This document shows positions 8,053 through 17,744 of a stretch of 39,472 nucleotides of DNA, in pieces; within the stretch, counting starts at the first letter, position 1; each line of letters begins with the position of its first letter. The notes beneath the pieces are model-generated. The model saw nothing but the letters and a program-made list of their open reading frames with translations. It was not told the DNA's origin and ran no database searches. The stretch spans positions 1-39,472 of the forward strand of contig JANRLD010000003.1 in assembly GCA_033762915.1 (NCBI GenBank), in the 5' to 3' direction. The translations under genes were made by a program, and so were the position numbers. This stretch comes from Meiothermus sp. Lineage in GTDB: Bacteria > Deinococcota > Deinococci > Deinococcales > Thermaceae.

Positions 8053-9288
8053 ATGCCGGACCCTGACCTCATCTCCGTTTCCTCCAAGGCCTTACTCCGG
8101 GTGCTGCTGTGGGTGGTGGCGGTGGTGTTCGGGCTGTTGCTGCTGGCCCAGTTCGCCGGGGCGGTGGCGACGCCGCTGGTGTTTATCTTGTTGGCGACGG
8201 TGCTGGTGATGGGGCTCAACCCGCTGGTAGTGTGGCTCGAGGCGCGCTTCAGGCTGCCGCGCCGGGTGGGCGCGCCGCTGGTGGTGCTGGGGCTGCTGTT
8301 CTTCTTACTGGGCTTCATTACGGTGGCGGTCCCGCTGTTCGTGGCTCAGGGGGTCAAGTTCGCCCAGACCCTTCCCGGCGTGATGGACAACCTCCAGGCC
8401 CTCTCTGCCGACCTGGCCCGCCGCTATCCGCTGCTCCAGCCACTGCTCCAGGGCCGAGTCTCCCTCGACCCCGGTCAGCTCCTGGGCGGCAGTGGACTAA
8501 TGAGTGGCCTGGTGGGGCTGGCAGGCAACATCGTGGCGCTGCTGGCCTCAGCGGCACTGCTGTTCATCCTGGTGCTCTTTATGCTGATGAATCCCGAGCC
8601 GCTGCTAAAGGGACCACTGAGCGGCATCACGCCGCACCACCGCCCTACCGTCGAACGCGCCCTGATCCGCATCGGCTCGCAGCTCGGGACCTGGATGCTG
8701 GGCGCACTGGGGGTTTCGCTGGCGGTTGGGTTGCTGGTGGGGCTGGGGCTGCATCTGCTGGGTTTCGAGAACGCCTTCCTGTTCGGCATGGTGGCGGGCT
8801 TTGCCAACCTGATCCCCTACATCGGCCCCTGGCTGGGCATCCTGCTCCCGATCCTGGTAGCGCTGAGCGAGGGGGCCTGGCTGCCAGCGCTGGGGGCGGG
8901 CGGGGTGATGCTGGTGGTGCAGCAGGTCGACAACTACCTGCTCTCGCCCGCAGTCTATAGCCGCACCATTCGGCTGCATCCGGCCTCACTGCTGATGGGC
9001 GCCCTGATCTTCGGCTCGCTGATGGGTCTGGTGGGGGTATTCCTGGCGGTGCCGCTGTCGATCATCCTGAAGGCGCTCTACGAAGAGGTTTACCTGACCA
9101 CCCTAAGCCGCCCCGAGGTTGCCGACGAGCGCGTGGCCCAGGTGGTGGCGGGCCAGGAGGGCGAGGCCGACGAAGGGGTGGACGGGGGGAAGAACGGGGA
9201 ACTCGAGCCGACACCCATCCCTCCCAGGCCCGGGGGTGCGGTGGGGGCGGGGAAAGTTAGGGGCGATCCCCCCGCCTCCCCCCGGTGA
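8053..9288 (+). CDS. AI-2E family transporter
   Basis: Multi-TM; NLIPYIGP, QQVDNYLLSP, LHP and GLVGVFLAVP motifs. Confidence 0.9.
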   Translation: MPDPDLISVSSKALLRVLLWVVAVVFGLLLLAQFAGAVATPLVFILLATVLVMGLNPLVVWLEARFRLPRRVGAPLVVLGLLFFLLGFITVAVPLFVAQGVKFAQTLPGVMDNLQALSADLARRYPLLQPLLQGRVSLDPGQLLGGSGLMSGLVGLAGNIVALLASAALLFILVLFMLMNPEPLLKGPLSGITPHHRPTVERALIRIGSQLGTWMLGALGVSLAVGLLVGLGLHLLGFENAFLFGMVAGFANLIPYIGPWLGILLPILVALSEGAWLPALGAGGVMLVVQQVDNYLLSPAVYSRTIRLHPASLLMGALIFGSLMGLVGVFLAVPLSIILKALYEEVYLTTLSRPEVADERVAQVVAGQEGEADEGVDGGKNGELEPTPIPPRPGGAVGAGKVRGDPPASPR

Positions 9289-9481
9289 GTGGCCACACCG
9301 CCTGCCGAGTTCGAAACGGTGTGAGCAACTTAGATTTGGCTGGGTTGGGAGCTCGAGCTGCATAGCCCGCCTTCAAGGCGGTTTTGGCGGCCATGAGGGT
9401 ACAGCGCCTAAGCTCCGCCCATGCGCTGGCTGTTCGGCACACTGCTATGGTGCGCCGAGGCAATTCCCGCCCTGGATTTAG

Positions 9482-9658
<177 letters not shown>

Positions 9659-9786
9659 AGACGGCTGGGGGCATCTGGGTCAGCGCTCCAGACCTCTGAG
9701 GCAGACGGCAAAAAGGGTCACCAGCGTTTCGAACAACCCTGCGGGAGGCGAGGCCAAGGCCATGGCAGCGTTCACTCCAGGCCCGC

Positions 9787-9954
9787 TCACCCCTTGGCCT
9801 GGCGGACCATTAGCAGGTCGGCGATGGGGCCGCCGCCCGCCACCAGTGCGGTGAGCAGGAGGGCGGGAAACTCGGTCACGCCCACCGAGACCATCAGGCC
9901 GCAGCCGGCGGCTTGGAGCAGGATCGACATAGCGAAGTTCATGGCCACACGCAT
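9787..9954 (-). CDS. Candidate 55-aa hydrophobic small protein (not in the ORF track)
   Basis: MRVAMNFAMSILLQAAGCGLMVSVGVTEFPALLLTALVAGGGPIADLLMVRQAKG*. TATGGT -10 six nt upstream and a TTCA box 11 nt further. Confidence 0.4.
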   Translation of the reverse strand: MRVAMNFAMSILLQAAGCGLMVSVGVTEFPALLLTALVAGGGPIADLLMVRQAKG

Positions 9955-10075
9955 GTCAAGACCATACGCGGGGCTAATGAAGTTTCTGTGTCAAACGGTG
10001 AGAGCCGTGAAGGGCGCGGGTGGGCTGGCTGATGGCTGGCCATGCAACACGGGCCGGGTCCAGGCTCTCAGGGCG

Positions 10076-10822
10076 CTATGAGCGGGCCTGCCGACCCTCT
10101 GGCCTGTCGCGCCGAATCATCGAGATCACCAGCACCGCAATCGCCGTGATCGCCGCCGCCACCACGCCATCCACGCCCCATTGCCGCACCGCGATGCCCA
10201 GCAATGCCCACACCAGCACCAGCGCCAGCACGCGGTCGGCCTGGACGTCCAGAAACATCAGCCCGACCCCAGCCGCCACCGCGATCAACAACACCGCCCA
10301 CAGCACCGCCCAGACCCCCTCGGCCCGAATTCCCAACCCCACCAACGCCGCGCTGACGTTCACCAGGGTGGCCACAATGATCCAGCCCAGGTAGAGGCTA
10401 AAAGGGGCGCTAAGGGCCCAGTAGTCGGCATCCATAGCCGGCCGCCTCGAGACGATTCGGTAAATCTGAATCAGCGCGGCCAGCAGCCCCAGCATCAGCG
10501 CCACACTCCACCCCAGCGCGCCGCTGTGCCAGGCCACCAACCACAGGCTGTTGCAGACGCAGGTGAACACAAACCAGGGCGCGACGGCGGTCAGGGTCGC
10601 GTCTCCCCGGCGTTCGGGCATCAGTTGGTACACCACGTACACAGCCAGCGCCAGATAGATCAGCCCCCACACCGCGAAGGTGAAGCCCGCCGGCGTGACC
10701 AGGGTGAACAGCCGGTCGGAGATCTCGGCGGTGGTGCGGCCCGCGATTGGGAGGGCGTTGGCGAGGTAGTTGACGGTCAGCGTCCCCGCCAGCCCCACCG
10801 CCGCCAGCACCCGCCAGATCAC
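10076..10822 (-). CDS. TspO/MBR-related tryptophan-rich membrane protein
   Basis: TPAGFTFAVWGLIY, NSLWLVAW and PFSLYLGWIIVATLVN motifs. Confidence 0.8.
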   Translation of the reverse strand: MIWRVLAAVGLAGTLTVNYLANALPIAGRTTAEISDRLFTLVTPAGFTFAVWGLIYLALAVYVVYQLMPERRGDATLTAVAPWFVFTCVCNSLWLVAWHSGALGWSVALMLGLLAALIQIYRIVSRRPAMDADYWALSAPFSLYLGWIIVATLVNVSAALVGLGIRAEGVWAVLWAVLLIAVAAGVGLMFLDVQADRVLALVLVWALLGIAVRQWGVDGVVAAAITAIAVLVISMIRRDRPEGRQARS

Positions 10823-11466
10823 CGGGGCTCACCCCGGCGGCCCCCAAGCACCCCGCTGAGCACGCTGCGCACATTCTCGGGGGTCAGGTACTGCTCACGC
10901 AGCGAATCCCAGATCATCTTGCCCAGGCCGGTGGCGGCGAGCCCGGTGAGTACAGGGTTGCCACCCTGATGGGCCGTTTGCTGCGCCTTGGCCTGTCCCC
11001 GGTCGTTGCGCTTCTCCCGGCGGTCGGGCCTGCCCCCGCCCCTCAACAGGCCCAGCGTCAGGCCGGCCAGCGCGGCGACCGTGACCGCCTCGAGGGGGTG
11101 CTTCCGGGCCAGCTCGAGCGGGCGCCGGATCCCCTCCCCCAGCCTACCCGCCGTTCCCCGTGCGCTCTGTCCGAGCCGGTCGGTGGTGGCGTGGATGCGC
11201 TCTTGCATGCCGTCGAGGGTTCCGAAGATGAGTTCCTGGGTGTGATCGGCGGTGTGGTGGAGGCGCTCCTGCAGGCCGTCCACGGTGCCCAGCAGACGGT
11301 TCTGGGTCAGCTCGACTGCGCCGGTCAGGCGGTTCTGGAGACCATCTACGGTCTCGTAGAGCTTTTCCTGGGAGTTTTCCACCGTCTGCCGCAGTTCTTC
11401 CTCCGCCCGCCGGAGCGACTCGCGCAGCTTGGCCTTGGCGGCCTCCACGGCCCCGTCGGGGCTCAT
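10819..11466 (-). CDS. YqjK/DUF3618-position membrane-anchored protein with 11-residue amphipathic repeats
   Basis: ATG 11466 overlaps the upstream TGA; KHPLEAVTVAALAGLTLG anchor; 11-mer repeats. Confidence 0.7.
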   Translation of the reverse strand: MSPDGAVEAAKAKLRESLRRAEEELRQTVENSQEKLYETVDGLQNRLTGAVELTQNRLLGTVDGLQERLHHTADHTQELIFGTLDGMQERIHATTDRLGQSARGTAGRLGEGIRRPLELARKHPLEAVTVAALAGLTLGLLRGGGRPDRREKRNDRGQAKAQQTAHQGGNPVLTGLAATGLGKMIWDSLREQYLTPENVRSVLSGVLGGRRGEPR

Positions 11467-11735
11467 TTCTTTCGCATCGCGTACCATATCGCTCCCCCTG
11501 CGACGGCCAGGCTCAGCAGTCCCATCACGGCGGCCGCTCCGGCGGGCGGCAGCCAGGTCAGGAGCACCAGGTAGCCCGCCGCGAGCAGCCAGCCCACGCC
11601 CGCCAGCAGCACCAGCCCCCCCGCCACGATGACCACCAGCATCAGGGCCAGGGTCTTGACGCTACTCCCCAGCCTCTGGGCCTGCGCCTCAAGCAGCTCG
11701 ACGGCGCTGATGAAAACCTCGGCGACGGCGCTCAT
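11463..11735 (-). CDS. YqjE-like (holin-X-like) two-TM protein
   Basis: VELLEAQ followed by two hydrophobic segments; lies downstream of the DUF883 gene. Confidence 0.65.
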   Translation of the reverse strand: MSAVAEVFISAVELLEAQAQRLGSSVKTLALMLVVIVAGGLVLLAGVGWLLAAGYLVLLTWLPPAGAAAVMGLLSLAVAGGAIWYAMRKK

Positions 11736-11745
11736 GCCCCGGCCC

Positions 11746-12243
11746 TCACCGCATCATCCGCGAGAGCAGCAGACCCACCCCGAAGGCCACCAGCAGGCTG
11801 GTGATGGGCCGCTGCCGCACGGTGGCCTCGAGCTGGCCCTGGTACTCCTCGCCCTTGCTCCGGGCCATCTCCACCGCGCCTTTCACCTGCGAACTGACCT
11901 GGCTCCCCATCTGCTTGAGCTCGGCCCCGCCCCGGCTTTCGACCATGCCGCGCACGTCTTCGCGCAGCCGCATCAGGTCGTGTCGAAGGGTCTCCAGGTC
12001 AGCGGAAGCTCCGCCCGAGGTTCCTCCCCGAGCCCCGGTCATGGACCCTGCGGTACCCACCGAGCCACCCATGCCCTCGAGGCCCTGCTCAAGCCGGTTC
12101 GCGCCGGCCTCGAGCCGTTCCTTGCCCTGCTCGATCTGCCGTTCGAGGCCCTGCTGGAACTGATCGGCTCCGTGCTCGAGTTTGTCCTTACCCTCTTGGA
12201 TCCCCTCTTTGGCCTTAGCCTTTCCCTCGTTTTGGGGTTGCAT
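11746..12243 (-). CDS. DUF883 (YqjD/ElaB) family protein
   Basis: DLETLRHDL and C-terminal VRQRPITSLLVAFGVGLLL; AGGAGG RBS before ATG 12243. Confidence 0.85.
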   Translation of the reverse strand: MQPQNEGKAKAKEGIQEGKDKLEHGADQFQQGLERQIEQGKERLEAGANRLEQGLEGMGGSVGTAGSMTGARGGTSGGASADLETLRHDLMRLREDVRGMVESRGGAELKQMGSQVSSQVKGAVEMARSKGEEYQGQLEATVRQRPITSLLVAFGVGLLLSRMMR

Positions 12244-12263
12244 ATGCCACCTCCTGGTCTTCG

Positions 12264-12306
12264 ACGGTAGGGCTGCGGGCTGAGGGTCGGCTGACTCGAG
12301 GCTGTG
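12264..12306 (-). promoter_or_regulatory. Phased-box promoter for the yqjDEK-like/tspO operon
   Basis: TGAG 12281, TGAC 12292, TGTG 12303; 11-nt gap; -10 TACCGT (12264-12269). Confidence 0.7.
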
Positions 12307-12413
12307 GGCGGTGAATCGCCCGGCCTTCACAAAATCTACATTATGTGCCGCAGGGATGCTTTTGAACCGAGGCAAAAGAGGGAGACTACACCCTTCAAAG
12401 GGAGGTACAGCGT

Positions 12414-13355
12414 ATGGCCGAACGACAGGACTTGTTCCGCTATGTGGTCGAGGAGTTCGCCGAGGACTACCGCGAGGGGGAGATCGGGCGGCGGGAGTTC
12501 TTGCACCGGATGGTGCTCCTGGGCGGAGGTCCGCCGGGGGCCCGGGTCCTGCTGACCTCGCTGGGCGTCACGGGCGTAAGCGCCGCCGAGCTGGCCCTGG
12601 CTCAGCAGACCCAGACGCAGGCCCAGCAGCCCGCCACCAGGCCGCTGGTCGACCCCTCCGACCCCGCCATCCAGGTCTCCGAACCTAAGTTCCAGGCCAG
12701 GGGCTTCGAGCACTTCGCCTACCTGGCCCGGCCGGCCGGCGGCGGCCCGCACCCCGGCGTGCTGGTGATCCACGAGAACCGAGGCCTACAGCCGCACATC
12801 CAGGACGTGGCGAGGCGCGCCGCCAAGGCGGGCTACATCGCGCTGGCCCCCGACCTGATGTCCAAGCAAGGCGGCACCACCAAGTTTGCCGACACCGCCC
12901 AGATCTCGGCCTATCTGGCCCAGGCCGGCGGCGACGAGCACATCGCCAACCTACAAGAAGCCCTGAAGGTGCTCAAGGCCACCCCCGGCGTCCTGGCCGA
13001 CCGGCTGGGCGTGACCGGCTTCTGCTTCGGCGGCGGCCTGACCTGGCGGCTGGCGACCGAGGCCCCCGAGCTCAAGGCCGCCGTGCCCTTCTACGGCCCG
13101 GCCCCCGACACCGCCGCCGTGCCCCGCATCAAGGCTGCGGTGCTGGGCATCTACGGCGGCAACGATGCCCGGATTAATGTCGGGATTCCAGCCCTCGAGG
13201 CCGCCCTAAAGGCCGCCAACGTCCGCCACCAGATCAGGATCTACGAGGGGGCCAACCACGCCTTCCACAACGACACCGGGGCCAACTACAAAAAGGATGC
13301 CGCCGAGGACGCCTGGGCCAGGACGCTCGAGTGGTTCAAGACCTACCTGGTCTAG
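12414..13355 (+). CDS. Dienelactone hydrolase family protein with Tat-like leader
   Basis: IHENRGL, GFCFGG nucleophile, HAFHND; RREFL motif in the N-terminus. Confidence 0.9.
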   Translation: MAERQDLFRYVVEEFAEDYREGEIGRREFLHRMVLLGGGPPGARVLLTSLGVTGVSAAELALAQQTQTQAQQPATRPLVDPSDPAIQVSEPKFQARGFEHFAYLARPAGGGPHPGVLVIHENRGLQPHIQDVARRAAKAGYIALAPDLMSKQGGTTKFADTAQISAYLAQAGGDEHIANLQEALKVLKATPGVLADRLGVTGFCFGGGLTWRLATEAPELKAAVPFYGPAPDTAAVPRIKAAVLGIYGGNDARINVGIPALEAALKAANVRHQIRIYEGANHAFHNDTGANYKKDAAEDAWARTLEWFKTYLV

Positions 13356-13474
13356 GCCCCCGTCTCGAGGAGCCGCAGGTGCTCGGAGCCCAGGCCCCAT
13401 GCAGTTCCCCTGGGCAGGCACCGGCACCCCTCTTCTGCCAGCGATTGGGGACAGCGCTCCGCAGGCAGACGGGG

Positions 13475-14752
13475 CTAAGCCCTTCTCAGAATCAGCCAGC
13501 CCGCAAACGCGCAGCCCGTCAGCACCGCCTGGGTCGCCACCATTGCCCCAATGGCGCCCGCAAGGCCGTGGGCGTGGATCAGCAGGTAGCCCGCGCCCAG
13601 CATGAACGAGGCCGAGACGGTGTAGGCCGCCGTGATCCAGTGAGGCTTCTGGGCGGCCCGCAGGGTGGAGAGGAATACCGTGGACAGCCCGATGAACAGG
13701 GGCTGGAGAGCAAAAATCCAAAGCAGACCCCCCACCGAGCCGTAGTTGTCGCCGTACAGCAGCGGCAGCACCCAGGGGTGCAGCAGGCCCAGGCCCAGCC
13801 ACAGAAGCAGCGAGGGGGCCGCAAACAACAGCGCGAAGCGCACTACCTGCCGGTCTAGCGTACCCTTGCCGCTGCGCACGAAGTTGGGCACCAGGAACGA
13901 GCTAAGGTTGCCCAGGACGGTGGCCAAGGGCATGGCCAGGTTCTCCAGGGCCCGCAGGCTGGCGCTGGCCTCCAGACCGTAGACATGGCCCAGCGTCCAG
14001 TAGGGGAATAGCACCGGGATGTAGTAGAGGAAGTTGGAGACCAGGCTCCAGCGCCCGTACTGCCAGTGCTCTTTTGCCACGGCCTGCTGCAACTGCGGGT
14101 CGGGGTCCGAGCGGCGGCCGCCGCGCCACTGGTGCTCGATCCACAGCGAGGAGACCAGGGCCGCCAGGCCCATCAGCGCAAAGGCCAGCGGGACGTTGAG
14201 CCAGCCGAGCAGCTCGAGCACCAGGATGCCGCCCAGGAACAGCGGCAGGTTGATCATCCCAGCCTTGGCCGAGAGGGCTGGGGCCATGTTGGCGTAGCAG
14301 ACCCGGCGCATCAGCCAGCTATACAGCACGAAGGGCGCGGCCACAGCCAGCCCGACAAAGGCCGGGTGGAGGCTCGAGGCCGGTATAGCGACAGCCAGCA
14401 CGCCGAAAATGCCGCCCACCAGCAGCCCGAACACCCAGTTGGCCCGCACCACCAACCGCTGGTAGGCGAAGGGGCTCTTGGCGAAGGTGCTGGAGGTGTG
14501 GACCAGCATCGGCTCGCTGAGCAGGGGCTGCTGGACGCCGCCGATCAGGAGCAACAGGGTGAAGCCTAGCGCAAAGGCCCCGTAGTCGGCCTCCGGGAGC
14601 AGCCGGGCCAGCAGCACATTGACCACAAAGGTCGAGGCTCCGAACAAGACCTGGTCCAGCACCGCCCAGGCGGCCCGGCTCTGCGTGATGCGCCGGGTCA
14701 GCTTCGAGACCATGCAGGGCTCCGGCGGGGTTGGCTGTGGGGGGAGGGCCAT
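13475..14752 (-). CDS. Wzx-like polysaccharide flippase (MATE/PST superfamily)
   Basis: WAVLDQ..F.VNVLLARLL...DYGAF; ~12 TM segments. Confidence 0.8.
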   Translation of the reverse strand: MALPPQPTPPEPCMVSKLTRRITQSRAAWAVLDQVLFGASTFVVNVLLARLLPEADYGAFALGFTLLLLIGGVQQPLLSEPMLVHTSSTFAKSPFAYQRLVVRANWVFGLLVGGIFGVLAVAIPASSLHPAFVGLAVAAPFVLYSWLMRRVCYANMAPALSAKAGMINLPLFLGGILVLELLGWLNVPLAFALMGLAALVSSLWIEHQWRGGRRSDPDPQLQQAVAKEHWQYGRWSLVSNFLYYIPVLFPYWTLGHVYGLEASASLRALENLAMPLATVLGNLSSFLVPNFVRSGKGTLDRQVVRFALLFAAPSLLLWLGLGLLHPWVLPLLYGDNYGSVGGLLWIFALQPLFIGLSTVFLSTLRAAQKPHWITAAYTVSASFMLGAGYLLIHAHGLAGAIGAMVATQAVLTGCAFAGWLILRRA

Positions 14753-14967
14753 TCAAGACGCATAGGCGGGGTCGGCACTCCCTAAAGAATAGCGGCTGGG
14801 GCAGGGGCTGTCATGCGGCGGGCGTTAGGGCGGGTGAAACCTCGGTTTTGTTGCCGGGGGCGGGTTTTGATGGCGTAACGTGAACCGCGTCACGGGTGAA
14901 GAGACGCCAAGTTACGGCCACGGCCGCTAGAGCCTACACGCCTGGGTTGTCTACACTGCGTGGTGAT

Positions 14968-16521
14968 ATGAACCCCAACCTGCGTGAGCCCGAACTCGAC
15001 CTGCGCAACCTCTTCAAGATGCTCAAGCCCTATTGGTTGTGGATCGGGCTGTTCGCGCTGCTGCTGGCCCTGGCTACCTTCGTCCTCTCGAGCCTCCAGC
15101 CCCCGATTTACCAGGCCAGCGCACGGGTGCTGGCCGCCCAGGGCAGCTCGGTCTCGCAGGGCAGCTTTAACGGCACCATCCCCGTCGCCACCGTGCTGGA
15201 CGCCCCCGCCTACCGCGAGGCAGCCCTCAGCAACCAGGTGCTAGGCCTGGTGTTGGAGTCGCAGAAGCTCTCCGCCACCCCCACCGACCTCGAGCGCTTC
15301 AAGCGCACCCTGCGCCTCACCACCGTGGACGGCTTCCAGTCCAACGTGCTGGTGTTGAGCGTGCTGAACCGCGACCCCCAGGTCGCCGCTGAGATGGCCA
15401 ATGCCTGGGCCGACCGGCTGCGCTCCTGGGACGTGGGGCGGGTGCGTGCCAGCTTCGCCAACTACCGGGCCTCGCTCGAGGCCCAGTTCGCCAGCACCGG
15501 CCAGGGCGACCCCATCCGGGGAGTACTGGCCCGCGACATCAACCTGATGAAGGCCCTCGAGAGCAGCGCCAGCGGGCAGCTCACGCTGCTCGACCCAGCC
15601 ATCGTGCCGGCCCGCCCCGCCGGGCCGCGGTCGCTGCTCAACGCCCTGGCCGCTTTTGTGCTGGGCATCCTGCTGGCGATGGCGGCTTTCCTGATCAAGG
15701 AGTCCAACGACCGCCGCGTCCGCAGCGCCGACGACGCCTACCGCGCCACCGGCCTGCCGGTACTGGGCGAGTTCCCCGAGCATCCCACCAACCATCAGCG
15801 CAGCCTCTCGCCCGAGGTGGCCGACTACTTGGAGGTCAACCTCAACCTCAGCGACGGCCCCAAGGCTGTGGCGGTCACCAGCCCCAACTCCGGCGAGGGC
15901 AAGACCAGCGTGGCCCTGAGCCTGGCCAAGGCCGCTGCCCGGTCGGGCAAGCGCGTCCTGCTGGTGGACCTCAACCTCCGCGCCCCGATGCTCTACCAGG
16001 AGTTCGGCATCTACAAGGGCACCGACATCGTGGCGGTGATGCAGCGCCCCGACCTCCCCTTCAAGGCCCACCTGGTCGAGCCCAACCTCGAGTTTATCCC
16101 CTGCTTGCAACTGCTCGAGAACCCCTCGCGTTTCCTGGCCGAGTTCTTCCGGGGCTTCCTGCGGGGCCAGCTCGATAGCGGCAGCTACGACCTGATCGTC
16201 TTCGATACCGCCCCCGTACTGAGCGTGACCGATACCCTGGTCATCGCCCCCCACCTCAGCGGCGTGCTGCTGGTGGCCGAGCAGGGCCAGACCGACAAGC
16301 TCAAGCTGCGCTCAGCTCAGGCCATCCTTAAGCGGGTCGGGGCCAAGGTGCTGGGCCTGGTCGCCAACCGCACCACTGGGAGTGAGTCTTTCGTGCTGGT
16401 AGCCGAGAAGCCCGGCAGCGCCGGTGCCCCCTCGGTGATGGCCACCATCGAGCAGCGCCCCACCATCGAGTTCGCTACCATCGAGTTCGCCCCCCGGCCC
16501 CGCAAGTCAGCGGGAGACTAA
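14968..16521 (+). CDS. Wzz/Wzc-type polysaccharide co-polymerase / BY-kinase-like protein
   Basis: ELDLRNL N-terminus, two TMs, Walker A TSPNSGEGKT, VDLNLR, FDTAP. Confidence 0.85.
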   Translation: MNPNLREPELDLRNLFKMLKPYWLWIGLFALLLALATFVLSSLQPPIYQASARVLAAQGSSVSQGSFNGTIPVATVLDAPAYREAALSNQVLGLVLESQKLSATPTDLERFKRTLRLTTVDGFQSNVLVLSVLNRDPQVAAEMANAWADRLRSWDVGRVRASFANYRASLEAQFASTGQGDPIRGVLARDINLMKALESSASGQLTLLDPAIVPARPAGPRSLLNALAAFVLGILLAMAAFLIKESNDRRVRSADDAYRATGLPVLGEFPEHPTNHQRSLSPEVADYLEVNLNLSDGPKAVAVTSPNSGEGKTSVALSLAKAAARSGKRVLLVDLNLRAPMLYQEFGIYKGTDIVAVMQRPDLPFKAHLVEPNLEFIPCLQLLENPSRFLAEFFRGFLRGQLDSGSYDLIVFDTAPVLSVTDTLVIAPHLSGVLLVAEQGQTDKLKLRSAQAILKRVGAKVLGLVANRTTGSESFVLVAEKPGSAGAPSVMATIEQRPTIEFATIEFAPRPRKSAGD

Positions 16522-16820
16522 GGAGTTGCCCTCAGAGGTTGAGGGCTGAAAGAAACGGCCAGGTCAAAACCCCACCCCAACGGTTGATACCCTCCACCCG
16601 CTGAACAACGGCCTGAACATCGATTCCTGTATGCCCTAAGGGGGGCTCCCAAACCGATCGCAACTTGATTTGCGGAGGCCAGGGGAGCCCCCTTAGAGCC
16701 ATTGTGTTTGCGCCTCGAGCCTTGTAATTCACTGATTAAATCAGTCAGGAGGGTTGGATAGCCGTTAGCTCTCCGCCCCCAACTTTGGGCCTCTAGCCTT
16801 CAGCCTTCAACGGCACTTCG

Positions 16821-17453
16821 TCAGGGGGCCAGCCGCTCTATCTTCCACGAGCCGTCCGGCTGCAAGCGGTACACCAGACGGTCGTGGAGGCGGCTGGGAC
16901 GGCCCTGCCAGAACTCGAGGTAGTCGGGGCTAAGCCGGTAGCCGCCCCAGTGCTCGGGGCGGGGCACGGTCTCGGGGTATCGGGCCTCGAGTTCGGCGAT
17001 CCGCGCCTCCAGCACTTCCCGCCCCGCGATGGGCCGGCTCTGCGGGCTGGCCGAAGAGCCGATCTGTGAGCCTCTGGGGCGGCTGGCAAAGTAGGCGTCC
17101 GAAACTTCCGGCTCCACCCTCGATACCCGGCCCTCGATGCGGACCTGCCGCTCGAGGGTGGGCCACCAGAAGTTGATGCAAGCAAAGGGGTTGTGCTCTA
17201 TCTCGCGGCCCTTGCGGCTGGTGTAGTTGGTGAAGAAGGTAAAGCCGCGCTGGTCGAAGTCGCGTAGCAGCACTGCCCGGCTGCTGGGCCTCCCGTCCGG
17301 CCCGACCGTCGATACGATCATCCCGTGGGGCTCGTGGAGGTCGGACTCGAGAGCCTTTTTCATCCAGGACTCGAACTGCACGATGGGGTCGGCGGCGGCG
17401 TTGGCTTCCTCGAGGGTGCCGTTGTTGTAGCTGTACCGCAGGTCACGCAGCAT
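16821..17453 (-). CDS. pdxH: Pyridoxamine 5'-phosphate oxidase
   Basis: FFTNYTSRKG, RQVRIEG, WGGY and EFWQGRPSRLHDR; leaderless TAGGCT -10. Confidence 0.95.
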   Translation of the reverse strand: MLRDLRYSYNNGTLEEANAAADPIVQFESWMKKALESDLHEPHGMIVSTVGPDGRPSSRAVLLRDFDQRGFTFFTNYTSRKGREIEHNPFACINFWWPTLERQVRIEGRVSRVEPEVSDAYFASRPRGSQIGSSASPQSRPIAGREVLEARIAELEARYPETVPRPEHWGGYRLSPDYLEFWQGRPSRLHDRLVYRLQPDGSWKIERLAP

Positions 17454-17692
17454 GGGAATAGCCTATCGTGTCCGGCGGGCGGCGTTTTGACCTGGGTTTA
17501 CGTTTAGGGGAAAAAGCCGTGAGTCTTGGGCAGGGGTCAGAGGCACCCCCGCGGCCTGCCGGCCACGGCGTCGCAGACCACACCAACTTGCGTCTCGAGC
17601 CCAAATCCCTTCCATTACTCCGGGGGGTCGGCGTTGACCTTGCCAATTGACTACCCTTTCCTTTTTCCTCGCCTGCGCCTTCACTTTGCTCT

Positions 17693-17734
17693 CCCACCCG
17701 CTACCCGCTACCCGCCACCCGCCTCGCGCTATAA
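17693..17734 (+). repeat. Degenerate 7-bp tandem repeats
   Basis: CCCACCC GCTACCC GCTACCC GCCACCC GCCTCGC GCTATAA, running into the glpD -10. Confidence 0.6.
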
Positions 17735-17744
17735 GCTATATACG

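Noticed and set aside
11463..11735. Phage holin / prophage remnant
   Set aside because: Context is DUF883-YqjE-YqjK-like stress genes with no phage genes.
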